A DNA stretch of 64,000 nucleotides from assembly GCA_965214705.1 (NCBI GenBank), contig CBDCCI010000002.1, positions 544,001 through 608,000 of the forward strand. The letters run 5' to 3'. Each line of letters begins with the position of its first letter. Position 1 is the first letter of the stretch. The translations under genes were made by a program, and so were the position numbers. Below the pieces are notes generated by a model. The model searched no databases, had not been told where the DNA came from, and worked only from the letters and a program-made list of their open reading frames with translations. Source of the stretch: Alphaproteobacteria bacterium (GTDB taxonomy: Bacteria > Pseudomonadota > Alphaproteobacteria > UBA828). Shown here in pieces: positions 9,834-21,628 of this stretch.

Positions 9834-10289
9834 TTGACCACGAGCCACACAGGAGAGATCGCGATGACAGATTCGATTTTGGCATCTGGCGACGGTGTCG
9901 CTGTTGCTTCGGTTGAGATCCCAGCTTCTGAGGGAGCCGCCCCGGCTCCGTCTGAGCCGGCCCCCATGCGACGCTGGCCGGACGATGAGAAGGCGCGGAT
10001 TGTCTCGGAGAGCTTTGAGCCGGGCTCTTCGGTTGCGGCGGTCGCGCGCCGCCATGGCGTCAGCGATACGACCCTGACCAAGTGGCGGCGGCGCGCGCGG
10101 GAGGGAACTCTTCCGGGCGCTCGGATTGGTGGCTCTGCACCGCCATTTGTTCCCGTGGTGGTTGATAGCGTGACGTCCGAGCGGACGGTGGCGATCGAGG
10201 CGCTAGGCGTGGTCGTTCGCCTTCCGGTGGAGAGCGCGGTCGATCGGATTGTTGCGGTGGCCTCGGGCCTGGGCCGGGCGTCGTCATGA
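9834..10289 (+). CDS. tnpA: IS66 TnpA
   Basis: Protein identical to copy 1. Confidence 0.9.
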   Translation: MTTSHTGEIAMTDSILASGDGVAVASVEIPASEGAAPAPSEPAPMRRWPDDEKARIVSESFEPGSSVAAVARRHGVSDTTLTKWRRRAREGTLPGARIGGSAPPFVPVVVDSVTSERTVAIEALGVVVRLPVESAVDRIVAVASGLGRASS

Positions 10290-10636
10290 TCGCGGCCCCC
10301 TCGCTTCGCATCGTGTTGGCGACGCGGCCGGTTGATTTTCGTCGCGGCCACGACGCGCTTGCGGCGACGGCGGCGGGGGAGCTGGACCTCGATATCTATT
10401 CCGGGGTGATCGTGATCTTCCGCTCGCGCCGCGGCGACAGGCTCAAGCTCCTTGCGTGGGACGGCAGCGGTCTGGTGATGACCTACAAGCGTCTGGAGCA
10501 GGGCCGCTTCGCCTGGCCTCGGATCGAGGATGGTGTGATGCGCCTTACGAAGGGCCAGTTCGAGGCCCTCTTCGAGGGTCTGGACTGGCGCCGGGTGAAG
10601 GCCCGCCCGGTTCGCCGCCCGCTGGCGGCGGAGTGA
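10286..10636 (+). CDS. tnpB: IS66 TnpB
   Basis: Protein identical to copy 1. Confidence 0.95.
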   Translation: MIAAPSLRIVLATRPVDFRRGHDALAATAAGELDLDIYSGVIVIFRSRRGDRLKLLAWDGSGLVMTYKRLEQGRFAWPRIEDGVMRLTKGQFEALFEGLDWRRVKARPVRRPLAAE

Positions 10637-10702
10637 GGCGGCACGCAGGCGGGGCCGCAGATTTCGGTCGCGGTCCCGCCTGCACTTTTCCCTGGTCATG
10701 CA

Positions 10703-12445
10703 TTGGCGAATCGGATTAAGGGGTGGCCCATGCCGAAGGTCACGCCCTCACCCCTCAGCAGCGCCGGTTCGCCGTCGCCTGCGGTGGTTTCGGCGGCGCT
10801 GGCGGCCCTGCATGCGGAGCTTGACGACGAGCGCGCGGCGCGCCGGGCGACGGAAGCAGCCCTATGCGAAGCGGAGCAGGCACGCGGCGCGGCGGAGGCG
10901 GCGAGGCAGACGGCGGAAGCGCGGGCGGCACGGCTGGAGGCCGAGAACGCGCAGAGCGCGGAGCAGATCAGCCGGCTTGAGCATCTCAACAAGGAGCTCA
11001 GGAAGGCGCTGTTCGGTCCGCGCTCCGAGAAGCTCGGCGAGGACGAGCGCCAGCTTACGTTCGAGGAGTTTTGGGCGGCGATCGCTGAAGCCGGCGGTCG
11101 GCCCGAGGCAGATGACCAGGAGCAGGACGAGGGGGCTGGCGGCAAGCGCCGGCGGCGCTCTTCCCGGGGGTCGCGCAGCGGGGTGCGCTTCGGGCCCCAG
11201 GTCGACCGGCGCGAGGAGGTGATCGAGCCGGACACGATCATGTGCCCCTGCGGCTGCGGCGAGATGACGAAGATCGGCGAGGACCGCAGCGAGCGGCTGG
11301 ACTATGAGCCGGCGAAGTTCACCGTCATCGAGACCGTGCGCCCCCGCTACGCCTGCAACAAGTGCAAGGGGGGCGGGGTGGTGCAGTCGCCGGCGCCGGC
11401 CGCTCTGGTCGAGGGCGGCCTTCCCACCGAGGCTCTTCTGGCGCAGGTGCTGATCGCGAAGTACGGCGATCATTGCCCGCTCTATCGCCAGTCGCAGATC
11501 TACGAGCGCTCGGGGATCGAGGTTCACCGTGCGACGCTGGCGACGTGGGTGGGCCAGGCGTCGTTTCACCTGCGCCCCGTGGTCGCTTGCCTGGAGGATG
11601 AGCTGAAGAAGTCGGATCACCTGGGTCTGGACGAGACCACGATCCGCGTTCTCGACCCGGGCCGGGGCAAGACGAAGACGGGCTACATGTGGACCCTTGT
11701 GCGTGACGAGCGCCACTGGAGCGGCACGGACCCGCCGGGCGTCGTCTATCGCTATGCGCCCGGCCGCGGCGGCAAGTATGGCGCCGAGCTTATGGAGGGC
11801 TTTTCGGGGACGGTGCAGCTCGACGGCTACTCGGGCCACAACATCCTGGCGCGGCCGGACCGGGCGGAAGGCCCTGTGACGCGGGCCCTCTGTTGGGCGC
11901 ATGTAAGACGGAAGCTGAAAGAGGTATACGACTCGAGCGCATCGCCGATCGCGCTGGCCGGTCTGAATCGGATCGCGAAGCTCTATGCGATCGAGAAGAA
12001 GATCCGGGGCAAGCCGCCGGCGGAGCGCCGCGCGATCCGTTGGGAGGAGTCGGCGCCGATCGTGAACACCTTCGGTGTCTGGCTCGACGAGCAGCGCTCG
12101 CGCGTCTCACCGCGCTCGCGTCTCGGCGAGAAGCTGACCTATATCGCCAACCAGTGGGACGGGCTGCTGGAGTTCCTGCACGACGGTCGTGTCGAGATCG
12201 ACTCGAACCTGGTGGAAAACCGAATCCGGCCGCTGAAGCTCACCGCCAAGAACGCGCTCTTCGCCGGCAACGACGAGGGTGCGCAAGCCTGGGCCCGCAT
12301 CGCCTCGCTGATCGAGACCTGCAAGATGAACGGCGTCGAGCCCTACGCCTGGATGCGGAGCACGCTCGAGAAGATCGCCAAGGGCCACCCGCAGTCGGGC
12401 ATCCAGGAGCTTCTGCCGTGGAACTTCCAGCCCGAGGCAAAATGA
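10703..12445 (+). CDS. tnpC: IS66 TnpC
   Basis: Protein identical to copy 1. Confidence 0.95.
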   Translation: MANRIKGWPMPKVTPSPLSSAGSPSPAVVSAALAALHAELDDERAARRATEAALCEAEQARGAAEAARQTAEARAARLEAENAQSAEQISRLEHLNKELRKALFGPRSEKLGEDERQLTFEEFWAAIAEAGGRPEADDQEQDEGAGGKRRRRSSRGSRSGVRFGPQVDRREEVIEPDTIMCPCGCGEMTKIGEDRSERLDYEPAKFTVIETVRPRYACNKCKGGGVVQSPAPAALVEGGLPTEALLAQVLIAKYGDHCPLYRQSQIYERSGIEVHRATLATWVGQASFHLRPVVACLEDELKKSDHLGLDETTIRVLDPGRGKTKTGYMWTLVRDERHWSGTDPPGVVYRYAPGRGGKYGAELMEGFSGTVQLDGYSGHNILARPDRAEGPVTRALCWAHVRRKLKEVYDSSASPIALAGLNRIAKLYAIEKKIRGKPPAERRAIRWEESAPIVNTFGVWLDEQRSRVSPRSRLGEKLTYIANQWDGLLEFLHDGRVEIDSNLVENRIRPLKLTAKNALFAGNDEGAQAWARIASLIETCKMNGVEPYAWMRSTLEKIAKGHPQSGIQELLPWNFQPEAK

Positions 12446-12621
12446 CTCGCGCGCTCACGGCGCTCCTCAAGAAATCCCCGTCGTAGTCAAGCCAGATTCC
12501 GGTATGGGGTCTGCGTACCGCTTACCCTGAGTGGCACGTCGGAGGTTGTCCCGGTAGCCAATAGGGGGGTTCCTGTTGGCCCACCGGGGCAAGCGGGCCG
12601 CAGGGGAGGCCCGCGTTGGGG

Positions 12622-13350
12622 TCAGGAGCGGTTCTTGAAGCGCCAGCTCTCGTTGCCGGTCTCGATGATCTCGCAATGGTGAGTGAGCCGATCGAGCAGG
12701 GCCGTGGTCATCTTGGGGTCGCCGAAGACGGACGGCCACTCGCCGAAGGCGAGGTTGGTGGTGATGATGGTGGAGGTGCGCTCGTAGAGCCGGCTCATGA
12801 GGTGGAAGAGCATCTGCCCGCCGGTCTGAGCAAAGGGCAGGTAGCCGAGTTCGTCGAGGATGACGAAGTCGCGGCGGCCGAGCTGGTCTGCGGTGCGGCC
12901 CTGGCGTCCGGCGCGGACCTCGGCCTCGAGGTGGTTGACCAGGTCGACGACGTTGAAGTACCGGCCGCGCGCGCCCTTTCGGATGCAGGACCGCGCGGTG
13001 GCTGTGGCAAGATGGGTCTTGCCGGTGCCGGTACCGCCGACCAGGACGATGTTGCGCTTGCTCTCCAGGAAGCCGCCCGTGGCGAGCTCCCGGATCAGGG
13101 GCTCGTTGACCGGCGAGGCGGCGAAGTCGAAGTCGGCCAGCTCCTTGGCGGTGGGCAGCTTGGCGGAGGCCATCTGGTACTTGATCGAGCGCGCCTTCTT
13201 GTCGGCGATCTCGGCCTTCAGCAGCGCACCGATGATCTGTTGCACCGGGTGACGGCGCTTGAGGCCGTCGGCGAGGATGTCGTCGTAGACGGCGCGCATG
13301 CCGGCGAGCTTGAGCCGGGTCATCATCTCCAGCACCTCATGACGCTCCAT
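12622..13350 (-). CDS. istB: IS21 helper ATPase IstB
   Basis: Walker [19 protein letters not shown] and LDRLTHH. Confidence 0.95.
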   Translation of the reverse strand: MERHEVLEMMTRLKLAGMRAVYDDILADGLKRRHPVQQIIGALLKAEIADKKARSIKYQMASAKLPTAKELADFDFAASPVNEPLIRELATGGFLESKRNIVLVGGTGTGKTHLATATARSCIRKGARGRYFNVVDLVNHLEAEVRAGRQGRTADQLGRRDFVILDELGYLPFAQTGGQMLFHLMSRLYERTSTIITTNLAFGEWPSVFGDPKMTTALLDRLTHHCEIIETGNESWRFKNRS

Positions 13351-14361
13351 GACCGGCCTCCCTCAGGCTGTCGTAGCGCTGACAATCGGCAACCGGGGTG
13401 TGGCGAAGCTGCAGGCGCTCGGGCGTCGGAATGTCTGCCGGCGGCGCCGGCTCACGCTGCCGGGCGAGGATGTTGAGCACGACGTCGGCACTGCAGACAC
13501 CAGCGGCCAGCGCCTCGGCACAGGCCGCGTCTACCGCCTCCAGCCCGTCCTCCAGCACCGCCGCGAGGATCCTCACGATCTGCCTGTCTCCGTCGTCGCG
13601 GCCGGAAAGCCGCACTCGCATGCGCCCCAGCGCGCCGGGCAGTTCCCAGCCCTTGAAGGGCGCGCCGTTGCGCAGCGCGCCGGGCTTGCGCGCCAGGATC
13701 GGCACGTAATGCCACGGATCGTAGGCGATCTCCCCGCGTCCGAAGCGCCGGGAGTGTTCGGCGACGCTCTCGCCATCCTGGCGGATGACGATCCGATCGG
13801 CATAGGCCCGCACATCCACCGGCCGGCCTACGGCGCGGGCGGCAACGCTGTAGTGGTTGTTGTCGAAGCGCACCAGGCAGGTCTTGGAGACAGACGCCTC
13901 GCTGGCATGGAAGCCGTCGAAGGGGCCGCGGTAGGCCATCAGGACGCGCCGCTCCTCCTCGAACACCTGCCACACCGTCTTGCCCGCAATCGTCGGATGC
14001 GGCCGCTTCTTGGCGTCCTCGATGCATCGATCCATAAGCCAGGCGTTGATCTCGTCGTAGGAGCAGCCCCGCGGGCTGGGCACGAACATGCGGCCGCGGA
14101 CGTGGTCTACCTGCTTCTCGACCTGACCCTTCTCCCACGCCGCGCCAGGCGTGCAGGCCACCGGCTCGACCAGATGATGCGAGCACATCTCAAGGAAGCG
14201 GCGGTTGAAGACGCGCTCCTTGCCCACGAACACTGTCTGCACCGCCGTCTTCATGTTGTCGTAGATGCCCCGGGTGCAGACCCCGCCGAAAAAGCGGAAG
14301 GCTCGTTCGTGCGCCTCGAACACCATCTCCTGACCTTCGCGGGGAAAGATCTGGACCAGAT

Positions 14362-15686
14362 CACTAGTGTCCCATTAAAACTACAATAGAATCAGTTGCT
14401 TATCTTCTTGGCTCTGGCCCACCGGGAGTGCCTCATGCGTAAGTAGCGCATTTAGCGGGATTTTTTCGAACAGGGTGAGGCTCAGGGTCTGGAGAATTGT
14501 GTAGAGGCTGGCGTCGAGTCTCAGCCTCTTCTTGATGATGGCGACCAGGACGTAGACGGAGACAGCGATCCAGATTTGTGTCTTTACGGCATTTTCGGAG
14601 GTGCCGAAGAATGCCTTGATGCGGAGGTTTTGCTTGATCCATTTGAAGAAGAGTTCGACCTGCCAGCGATAGCGGTACAACTCTGCGACGGTGAGGGGCG
14701 GAACGACAAAGTTGTTGGTCAGAAAGTTGAAGGTCTTGTTGGTTTCCGGATCTTTGTAGCCGACTCTACGGAGCGGCTTCGGGTAGCGTATTTTGCTCAT
14801 TTTGCCGGTCAAGACGATGGTCTGATCGCAACGCAGTCCGGCGTCTTTGTCGATGGTACGGGAGTATTGGCGCCGGTATTGCGTGTTGGCCTTTGCGCGG
14901 ATGATGAAGAAGCTTCCCGCCATGTCCAGGGTGTCGAGGCGCTTGAAGTCGAGGTAGGCGCGATCCATGATGTAGAAGGTGCCGGGCTCCGGAATGATCA
15001 TGTCCAGAACATTCACATCGCCGAGCTTGCCGTCGGAGATGTGAATGAAGGCCGGGATGCTGCCTTGTAGATCAAGGAGAGTGTGAAGGTTGACGGCCGA
15101 CTTGGTCGAGCGGAACAGAGCCCAGGGGAAGACCGACAGGCACAGATCGATGGTCGACGCGTCGAGAGCGTACACAGTATTGTCGAGTTGAAGTCCGAGG
15201 TCCTCGCCGGCATAGAGCGGGCGTGCGATGGCGATCAGTTCCTGGGCGTACTCGGCATAGATGCGCCAGTCGCGTTGCGCGTTGGCGTTCGCCAAAGTGT
15301 TGCGCGAGACCGTACCCCGAATGCCCATGTGATAAAGCTTGTTGTTTTGGGCGCGCAGACAAATCTCGATGTCGCGCAGACTTTCTCGATAGGACAACTG
15401 TGCGAAGGCCATGCAGAAAAACTGGCTCAGGCATGAGAACGATTTTACGTACCGATTTCCATCGTACTGTTCGACGCATTTGCGGAACGAATGCAGGGGC
15501 AGATGGTCCATCAGTTGCGAGAAAACAAGTTGTCCCGTGGACATGACCGGGCTCCCTCTGGATCGGAGCATCCAGCCTCGGCACTCGCGCTGGCCACTTC
15601 AAGTCGATAACAACGTGAAATGCCATTTAATCGCGCCTTGCCAATGACTTAACAAGGGTCGCGCCAATTTTCTTGGGACACTAGTG
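14362..15686 (-). mobile_element. IS4-family element
   Basis: TIR CACTAGTGTCCCA; 9-bp duplication GGACCAGAT. Confidence 0.95.
14381..15544 (-). CDS. IS4-family transposase
   Basis: ALDASTI, MDRAY and YRYRWQVELFFKWIKQ (YREK motif). Confidence 0.93.
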   Translation of the reverse strand: MSTGQLVFSQLMDHLPLHSFRKCVEQYDGNRYVKSFSCLSQFFCMAFAQLSYRESLRDIEICLRAQNNKLYHMGIRGTVSRNTLANANAQRDWRIYAEYAQELIAIARPLYAGEDLGLQLDNTVYALDASTIDLCLSVFPWALFRSTKSAVNLHTLLDLQGSIPAFIHISDGKLGDVNVLDMIIPEPGTFYIMDRAYLDFKRLDTLDMAGSFFIIRAKANTQYRRQYSRTIDKDAGLRCDQTIVLTGKMSKIRYPKPLRRVGYKDPETNKTFNFLTNNFVVPPLTVAELYRYRWQVELFFKWIKQNLRIKAFFGTSENAVKTQIWIAVSVYVLVAIIKKRLRLDASLYTILQTLSLTLFEKIPLNALLTHEALPVGQSQEDKQLILL

Positions 15687-16395
15687 GGACCAGATACATC
15701 CGGCTGTGGCACAGCCGAATGTGCGCCGCCTTCACCCGGGTCGTGGTGCCCGACAGAACCGCGTACTCGTGGCTCCAGTCGAACTGGTAGGCCTCGCCGG
15801 GATCGAAGACCAGCGGCACACAGGCCTGAGACGGCGTCAACAGCCGCCGCTGCCGCCGCCACGCCTTGGCATAGCGGCGTACCGCGTCATAGCCGCCCTC
15901 ATAGCCCAGCGCCGCAAGGCCCTCATGAAGCCGCAGAAGAGACAGCCGATCACGGCGCTTCTTCTTCTCGTTGGCCTCCAGTTGCCGCTCAAGCTCGTCC
16001 ACCCACGGCCCCAGCTTCGGCATCGGCTGGATCGCGCGCGCGTAGCTCGACGAGGTCTCGTCGCCGCGCAAAACCTTGCGCACCGTGTTCCGGGAAACCC
16101 TCAAATCCCGAGCGATCTTCTTGATCGGAACGCCCTTCACAAAATGATCCCGACGGATCCGTGCAATCGTCTCCACAGTCAGCATCTCCCCCTCACCTCG
16201 TCCGTCCAACGACGAGGCGGGTTCATGGTCACCAATCCAAGGGGGGTCAATTTTGGACGCCGATCACCCCCAAGAGGGGGTCACTTTTCCACGCTTAACA
16301 ACATACATAACGGCATGCCACGCTAAGAACACAATCCAGCAATCCCCCTGACTTCGACGGTTTGTTTTGGCTCAATTCGTGATCCGTGGGCATGA

Positions 16396-16527
16396 GCAGC
16401 CAGTTCACCAGCTTTGCCTTCACCGGGCGCCTGCAGGCGGCCGGCATCCGCATTTTGAGGGACGGCCGGGGCCGATACATGGACAACGTCTTCATCGAGC
16501 GGCTGTGGCGCTCGCTCAAGTACGAGG
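16396..16527 (+). pseudogene. IS3-family OrfB integrase-core fragment
   Basis: SQFTSFAF...DGRGRYMDNVFIERLWRSLKYE. Confidence 0.8.
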
Positions 16528-17168
16528 TCGGAGCGACGTCTGCGACCGTGTTCTCGTCCACGCCGTGCAGGCGGACCAGGGGTCGAGGACCACGAGGCGC
16601 GGTACGATGCGCTCCACGGTCTCCATTCCTGCGACGCCGCGATCCGCGGCCACGTCTTATGCTCGTTTCTGGGTGTTTGTCTCCCGCACTACTTAACGCT
16701 GGATTTCCCGGATTACTTGACGTGATCGCTGCCCGGATTTCGCAGATTGTTCGGTCTTTTCCGGATCGATGCGTAGGTGCTCATAGTGTCTGCGGGCGGC
16801 TCGGGCTCGCTGTCTGATTGAGTTGATGCGCCTTCTGACCTGACCGCCCCCCCCTTCGGGTCCATCCCTGTCATACCCGCACGCCCCTCGACGACGGGGG
16901 CGCGGAGAGCCCACGTTCTCGTCGCGACGCAGGCGCCGAAATGCACCCGCAACGCTCATGCTTCGTGGAAAAGTACCCCGCCCGCGGCGCTCATGCGCGA
17001 GTCGACATGCACGCTCGCCCGATAGTTCACGCTATGTTCGTGCCGTGCCCCTCCTCCTCTCCACCCCAGCCTCCCAACACAAACAAGCCCGCGCACAGGA
17101 CTCTTGCAAGGGGCTCTCTCTTGAACACTCTTGAACACTGAAAGAAGTGATCGTGCATAGACGGCCGC

Positions 17169-18281
17169 TCAGATGCTTGAGTACAATGCTTGATAGCGCT
17201 GTGACATTCTTTCCGCCGAGTACTTCTCTATGGCTCGTTTCCTGATTTGGTCCCTCGGCAGGTTCACGATAGTTGCCAAATAGTCCGTCAATGTACTTGC
17301 AACTGCATCGGGGGAATCGGACAAGGAGAAAATCTCTACGCTTCCAGAGGGCATTTCATCCTTTAATTCGAGATGGGGCTCTATGTCGGAAAGCACACAA
17401 GGAAGTCCCATTGACAGCGCTTCCAATACGGAATTCGGCAATCCTTCTCCTAAGGACGCACTCATGAAGAAATCGGAATCGCACAAATATTTTTGCACAT
17501 CGTTTTTGCCCTGATGCCCGACAAAAGATATTCCGCGGCCCTCGTAACCTGCAAGATCACTGTATTCTGGCCCGTCGCCGACAACGGTCAGTCGTGCAAT
17601 GCCGTTATCTAGTTTCTTGAAACTCTCGCACAAAAACCGAACATTCTTCCGAGGAATCAGTCGACCTACCGTCACGCCTCTAAAGTTCGAAATTGCTTTT
17701 GTACGCGCATTGACGATGATTTGGGACGGTTCTACTCCATTCGGGATTACCAGAGCGTCCTTCATACCGTAGCGTTGTTCATATTCAGCTTTCATCCAAT
17801 TTGAACAGCAGACAACATTGCTGCATTTTCTCAGAACTCGTACATGGCTTCTTGCCATGCATGCTCCAAGAGCTCTGCCGAACTCCAGGGGATAATCTAT
17901 ATCGGGTATGTTTCGGCACGTTGCAATCCAGCCGGTAGACCGGTTCAATGTCGATACGAGAGAGTCGCTTCGCCAACCGGAGCTATGTATCAGGTCTGGC
18001 TGGACTAATGAAATTACGTCTCGAAAGCGTTTCTTCAACAGAAATAGACCGAGCGTTCTACTCAGATTAATCGGGCATACCTTAACTGGTAGACGTTTAA
18101 CTTGGCCAACGAGAGAGTCATCGTTCCTTTCAGGAGAAAGAGTTATTATGGACACGTCGAATTTTTCATAATCGATATACCTCAAGATATTTGCTAGCTG
18201 AATAGATGGACCGCATCTCCAAAGTGTCGACAGCACATAAGCAACTTTGATTTTTCTGAGAGTGTTGGAACGGGCTGTCAT
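17169..18281 (-). CDS. GT4-family glycosyltransferase
   Basis: VGRLIPRKN, VGDGP, EGLPNSVLEALSMGLPCVLSD; visibly more AT-rich than its flanks. Confidence 0.9.
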   Translation of the reverse strand: MTARSNTLRKIKVAYVLSTLWRCGPSIQLANILRYIDYEKFDVSIITLSPERNDDSLVGQVKRLPVKVCPINLSRTLGLFLLKKRFRDVISLVQPDLIHSSGWRSDSLVSTLNRSTGWIATCRNIPDIDYPLEFGRALGACMARSHVRVLRKCSNVVCCSNWMKAEYEQRYGMKDALVIPNGVEPSQIIVNARTKAISNFRGVTVGRLIPRKNVRFLCESFKKLDNGIARLTVVGDGPEYSDLAGYEGRGISFVGHQGKNDVQKYLCDSDFFMSASLGEGLPNSVLEALSMGLPCVLSDIEPHLELKDEMPSGSVEIFSLSDSPDAVASTLTDYLATIVNLPRDQIRKRAIEKYSAERMSQRYQALYSSI

Positions 18282-19093
18282 GGGCCTTACTGTCCGTTCT
18301 ATGGTATAAGTGACAATTCCGGCTGCTGGGTGGGGATTGTCTGTCGCGCTGCGGCGCGGAACGAGCGAAGCTGATTTGAGCGGCCACGCATGGCGAACCT
18401 GACACACCCTGACAAACTCCACAATCCCGCCTTGGACTTGTGCGGCGTCTGTCACGGGCAATGACACGGCCCATGGAGAGCGCGGCATGTGCGGCATAGC
18501 CGGTTTTCTTGCAAGAGGACCTCTCACGTCGGAGGTAGCGTCCTCGATCGCCCATGAGATGGCGGACACAGTCGTGCATCGAGGTCCCGACGATGCTGGG
18601 GTCTGGCTGGATCTCGAGGCGGGAGTCGCTCTCGCGCATCGCCGTCTGGCCGTCGTCGATCTGTCGCCGGCCGGTCACCAGCCGATGCTGTCCGGTTCCG
18701 GGCGAAGGGTGATCGTCTTCAATGGCGAGATCTACAACCACCGGGAGCTCAGACGACGGCTCGACGCCCATCGTCAGAGCATCTTCTGGAGGGGGTATTC
18801 CGATACGGAAACGTTGCTGGCAGGCATCGAGTGTTGGGGATTGGAGGAGGCGTTGCGGGCATCCACCGGCATGTTCGCCTTTGCCCTCTGGGATCGCGGG
18901 GACAGGGCCCTCTATCTGGCCCGCGACCGGGTCGGCGAAAAACCGCTCTACTACGGTTGGCAGAACGGTGTGTTCCTGTTCGGGTCAGAGTTGAAGGCGC
19001 TCGCGGCGCATCCTGCGTTCGCGGGAGACATCGACAGAGGCGCGCTCGCCCTGCTCTTGCGCCACGGTTATGTTCCATCCCCTTGGTCCATTT

Positions 19094-21628
19094 CAGACTT
19101 CCTGACCTCTTGAGGTTGACGCTGCCGGGCGGCGTGCCGCAAACCCCTTGAAATCTGCCGCTTTTCGGCCGTTACGGGCCGATTTTCGGTGGCAGTCGCA
19201 GCCGGGTTCGTATATTTTAATATGACACTATATACGCGGCCTCAGCCATGCCCATGACCCTCCCACTGTGCCCCCCAGAGGCGGTTCCGATCGGCAACAG
19301 CTGCTTTGCTGTCCTGATCTCGGACGACACCTTCACCTACTTTTCCAACCTCGTTCCCTTCGACAGCCACCCCGCCGATGACCGTGCCGCCATGCTCATG
19401 CGGATCGGCCGGCTCGCGGTGATCAGCGCGGTCTCGCCGCAGCATCTGGCCGACGCGTTCTGTGTCTCGCGCTCGACCGTGCAGCGAGCACGGCGGCGCT
19501 ACCTGGCCGAGGGTGAAGCGGCGTTTCTGAAACCCCGGCGCGGCCGCGGGCCGTCGGTGTTCACGCCGGCGTTGGCCGAGAGGGCGACAGCGTTGCTGGA
19601 AGCGGGCCTGAGCGGCGCTGCGGTGGCCCGGGTTCTCGGCGTGTCGGTGGCGTCGGTCCACCAGTGGCGCCGGCGGGGGCTGATCGGCAAGGCGGTGAGC
19701 GGGCAGGAGCCCGCAGGCTCGGCCGTGGGTGCGCCATCCGAACGGCCTGTCGATAACGAGGCTGACGATGCGGGCCGGGCTGAGGCGAGCGACGCGCAGC
19801 CCTTGACGGAACCGGCGCAGAGCCGCTCACCAGGCCCCATCGACGCCGGGCCGCAGACCGATCGCAGCGCACGCGACCGGCGCGACCGGCAGGCGCCGAT
19901 GGGGCGCGCGACCTGCGATGTTTCGGGCCGGGTGCTGGCCAGTTGCGGGCAGGCGGGGCCGGTCGATCCGCAGTTCGGCAGCGCCGCCCGCGGGGTGCGC
20001 TCAGGTAGCGTTCTCACCGCCCTGCCGGCTCTGCTCAAGGAAGGCCTGCTGGCCGCGACCGAGGTCCTGCCACCGCTGCCGAAGGGCTATTACGGCCTGA
20101 ACACGCTCCTGCTCTTCCTCGCCTTCATGACCCTGGCGCGGGTGCGCAATCCCGAGAGCCTGCGCTACCAGCCGCCGGGCGAATGGGGCGCCATTCTCGG
20201 CCTCGACCGCTGCCCCGAGGTCAAGACGCTGCGGCGCAAGATCGCGCTGATCGCCAACGACGAGGCCGGCGTGCGGGCTTGGCAGCTCGCCCTTGCCAGG
20301 CGCTGGCAGGCCGACGAGCCGGAGCTCTGGGCGACGCTGGCCGTCGACGGGCACGTCAAGGTCTACGCCGGCCGCAAGGGACGCCTGCCGAAACACTTCG
20401 TCTCGCGCCAGAAGCTGTGCCTGCCGGCCAGCGCCAGCTACTGGATCAATGCCCTGGGCGGCAAACCCCTGCTCTGTCTGCACAAGACGCTGGATCCGAA
20501 GATGGTCGCCGCCATCGAAGCCGACGTGGTGCCGGCGCTGCAGGACCTCGGGATCGTCGATGCTCAGGCGCCGGACCTGACCGCAGAGGCGCCCGGCCAC
20601 CCCGCGCTCACCCTGGTCTTCGACCGCGAGGGCTGGAGCCCGGAGCTGTTCCGCCGGCTGGCGAGGCGCGGCATCGCCTGCCTGACCTGGCACAAGAACT
20701 TCAGCGGCGAGGATTGGCCGGTCGAGGACTTCAGCGCGACGACCGTTCCCATTCACGGACCGGCGACGAGCGGCACCGCCACCTTGCGGCTGGCCGAAAA
20801 GCCGGTGATGTTGCCGAACGGCTTCAGGGTGCGCCAGATCCGCCGCCTGCTGGACAACGGCCGCCAGATCCCCTTCATCGTCACCGATCCGCACAAACCG
20901 ATGGGCGAGGCCGCAGGCGCCATGGTCTCGCGCTGGTCGCAGGAAAACTTCTTCAAGTACATGCGCGACGAGTTCAACCTCGACGCCCTGCCGACCCACC
21001 AACTCGAGCCGCTCGCGCCCGACACCATGGTCGTCAACCCGCTCCGGCGGGCCTACGACAAGGCAATCCGCAGCGCCGAACGCCGGCTCGCCCGCCTGCG
21101 CAACCGGATCGCCGGCGCGGCCAGGAAAAAGAGGCCGACGGCGCAGCTCAGGAGCGAGGTCAGGGACCTCGAGGGCGCCCTCGAGATCGCCAAGGCCAGC
21201 CGCAGGAACGTGCCGAAGCACTGTCGGGCCGGCGACCTCGACGAAGACCGACAGCTCGATGCCCTGCCCTCACGCGACCGTCTCCTCCTCGACGTCATCC
21301 GCATGATCGCCTACCGCGCCGAAACCCGCATGATGCTCCCCGTCATGCAGGGACAAGGCAAGAAGCCTCATCCCCGGAAACTGCTTCAGGCTCTCATGGC
21401 CGCCGATGCCGACATCCTGCCGGACCCCGCCAACGGCGTTCTCCGGGTCCATATTCTCGGCCTCGCAAATGACGCCTGCGACCGCCAGATCGATGCCCTC
21501 CTGAGCGAGCTCAACGCCACCGAAACCGTCTTCCCCGGGACCGAACTGCGCATGCTCTACGAGGTCGCCGCAGCCCCGGAATCCACGCAAACCGCATCAC
21601 CCCAAATCAGCAGAGGTCAGGAAGTCTG
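19094..21628 (+). mobile_element. Unclassified IS with 17-bp TIRs
   Basis: Perfect TIR CAGACTTCCTGACCTCT; 5-bp duplication CATTT; removing it restores asnB PWSIYEG. Confidence 0.92.

Larger units (their letters stand above)
9774..12525 (+). mobile_element. IS66 copy 2
   Basis: Same termini as copy 1; 8-bp duplication CCTGAGTG; inserted just inside the IS21 end. Confidence 0.97.
13337..16185 (-). pseudogene. istA: IS21 transposase IstA split by IS4
   Basis: 5' part MLTVETIARIRR HTH and AYQFDWS; 3' part IYDNMKT, WEKGQVE, FDNNHYSV. Confidence 0.92.
9715..16303 (-). mobile_element. IS21-family element carrying nested IS66 and IS4
   Basis: TGTCAA... and ...AACAACA ends with repeated AAAATTGACCCC-type boxes; istA-istB; no target duplication seen. 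Confidence 0.88.

Noticed and set aside
17169-18569. 466-aa start for the glycosyltransferase
   Set aside because: The extension overlaps asnB on the opposite strand; GT homology begins after the ATG at 18281.
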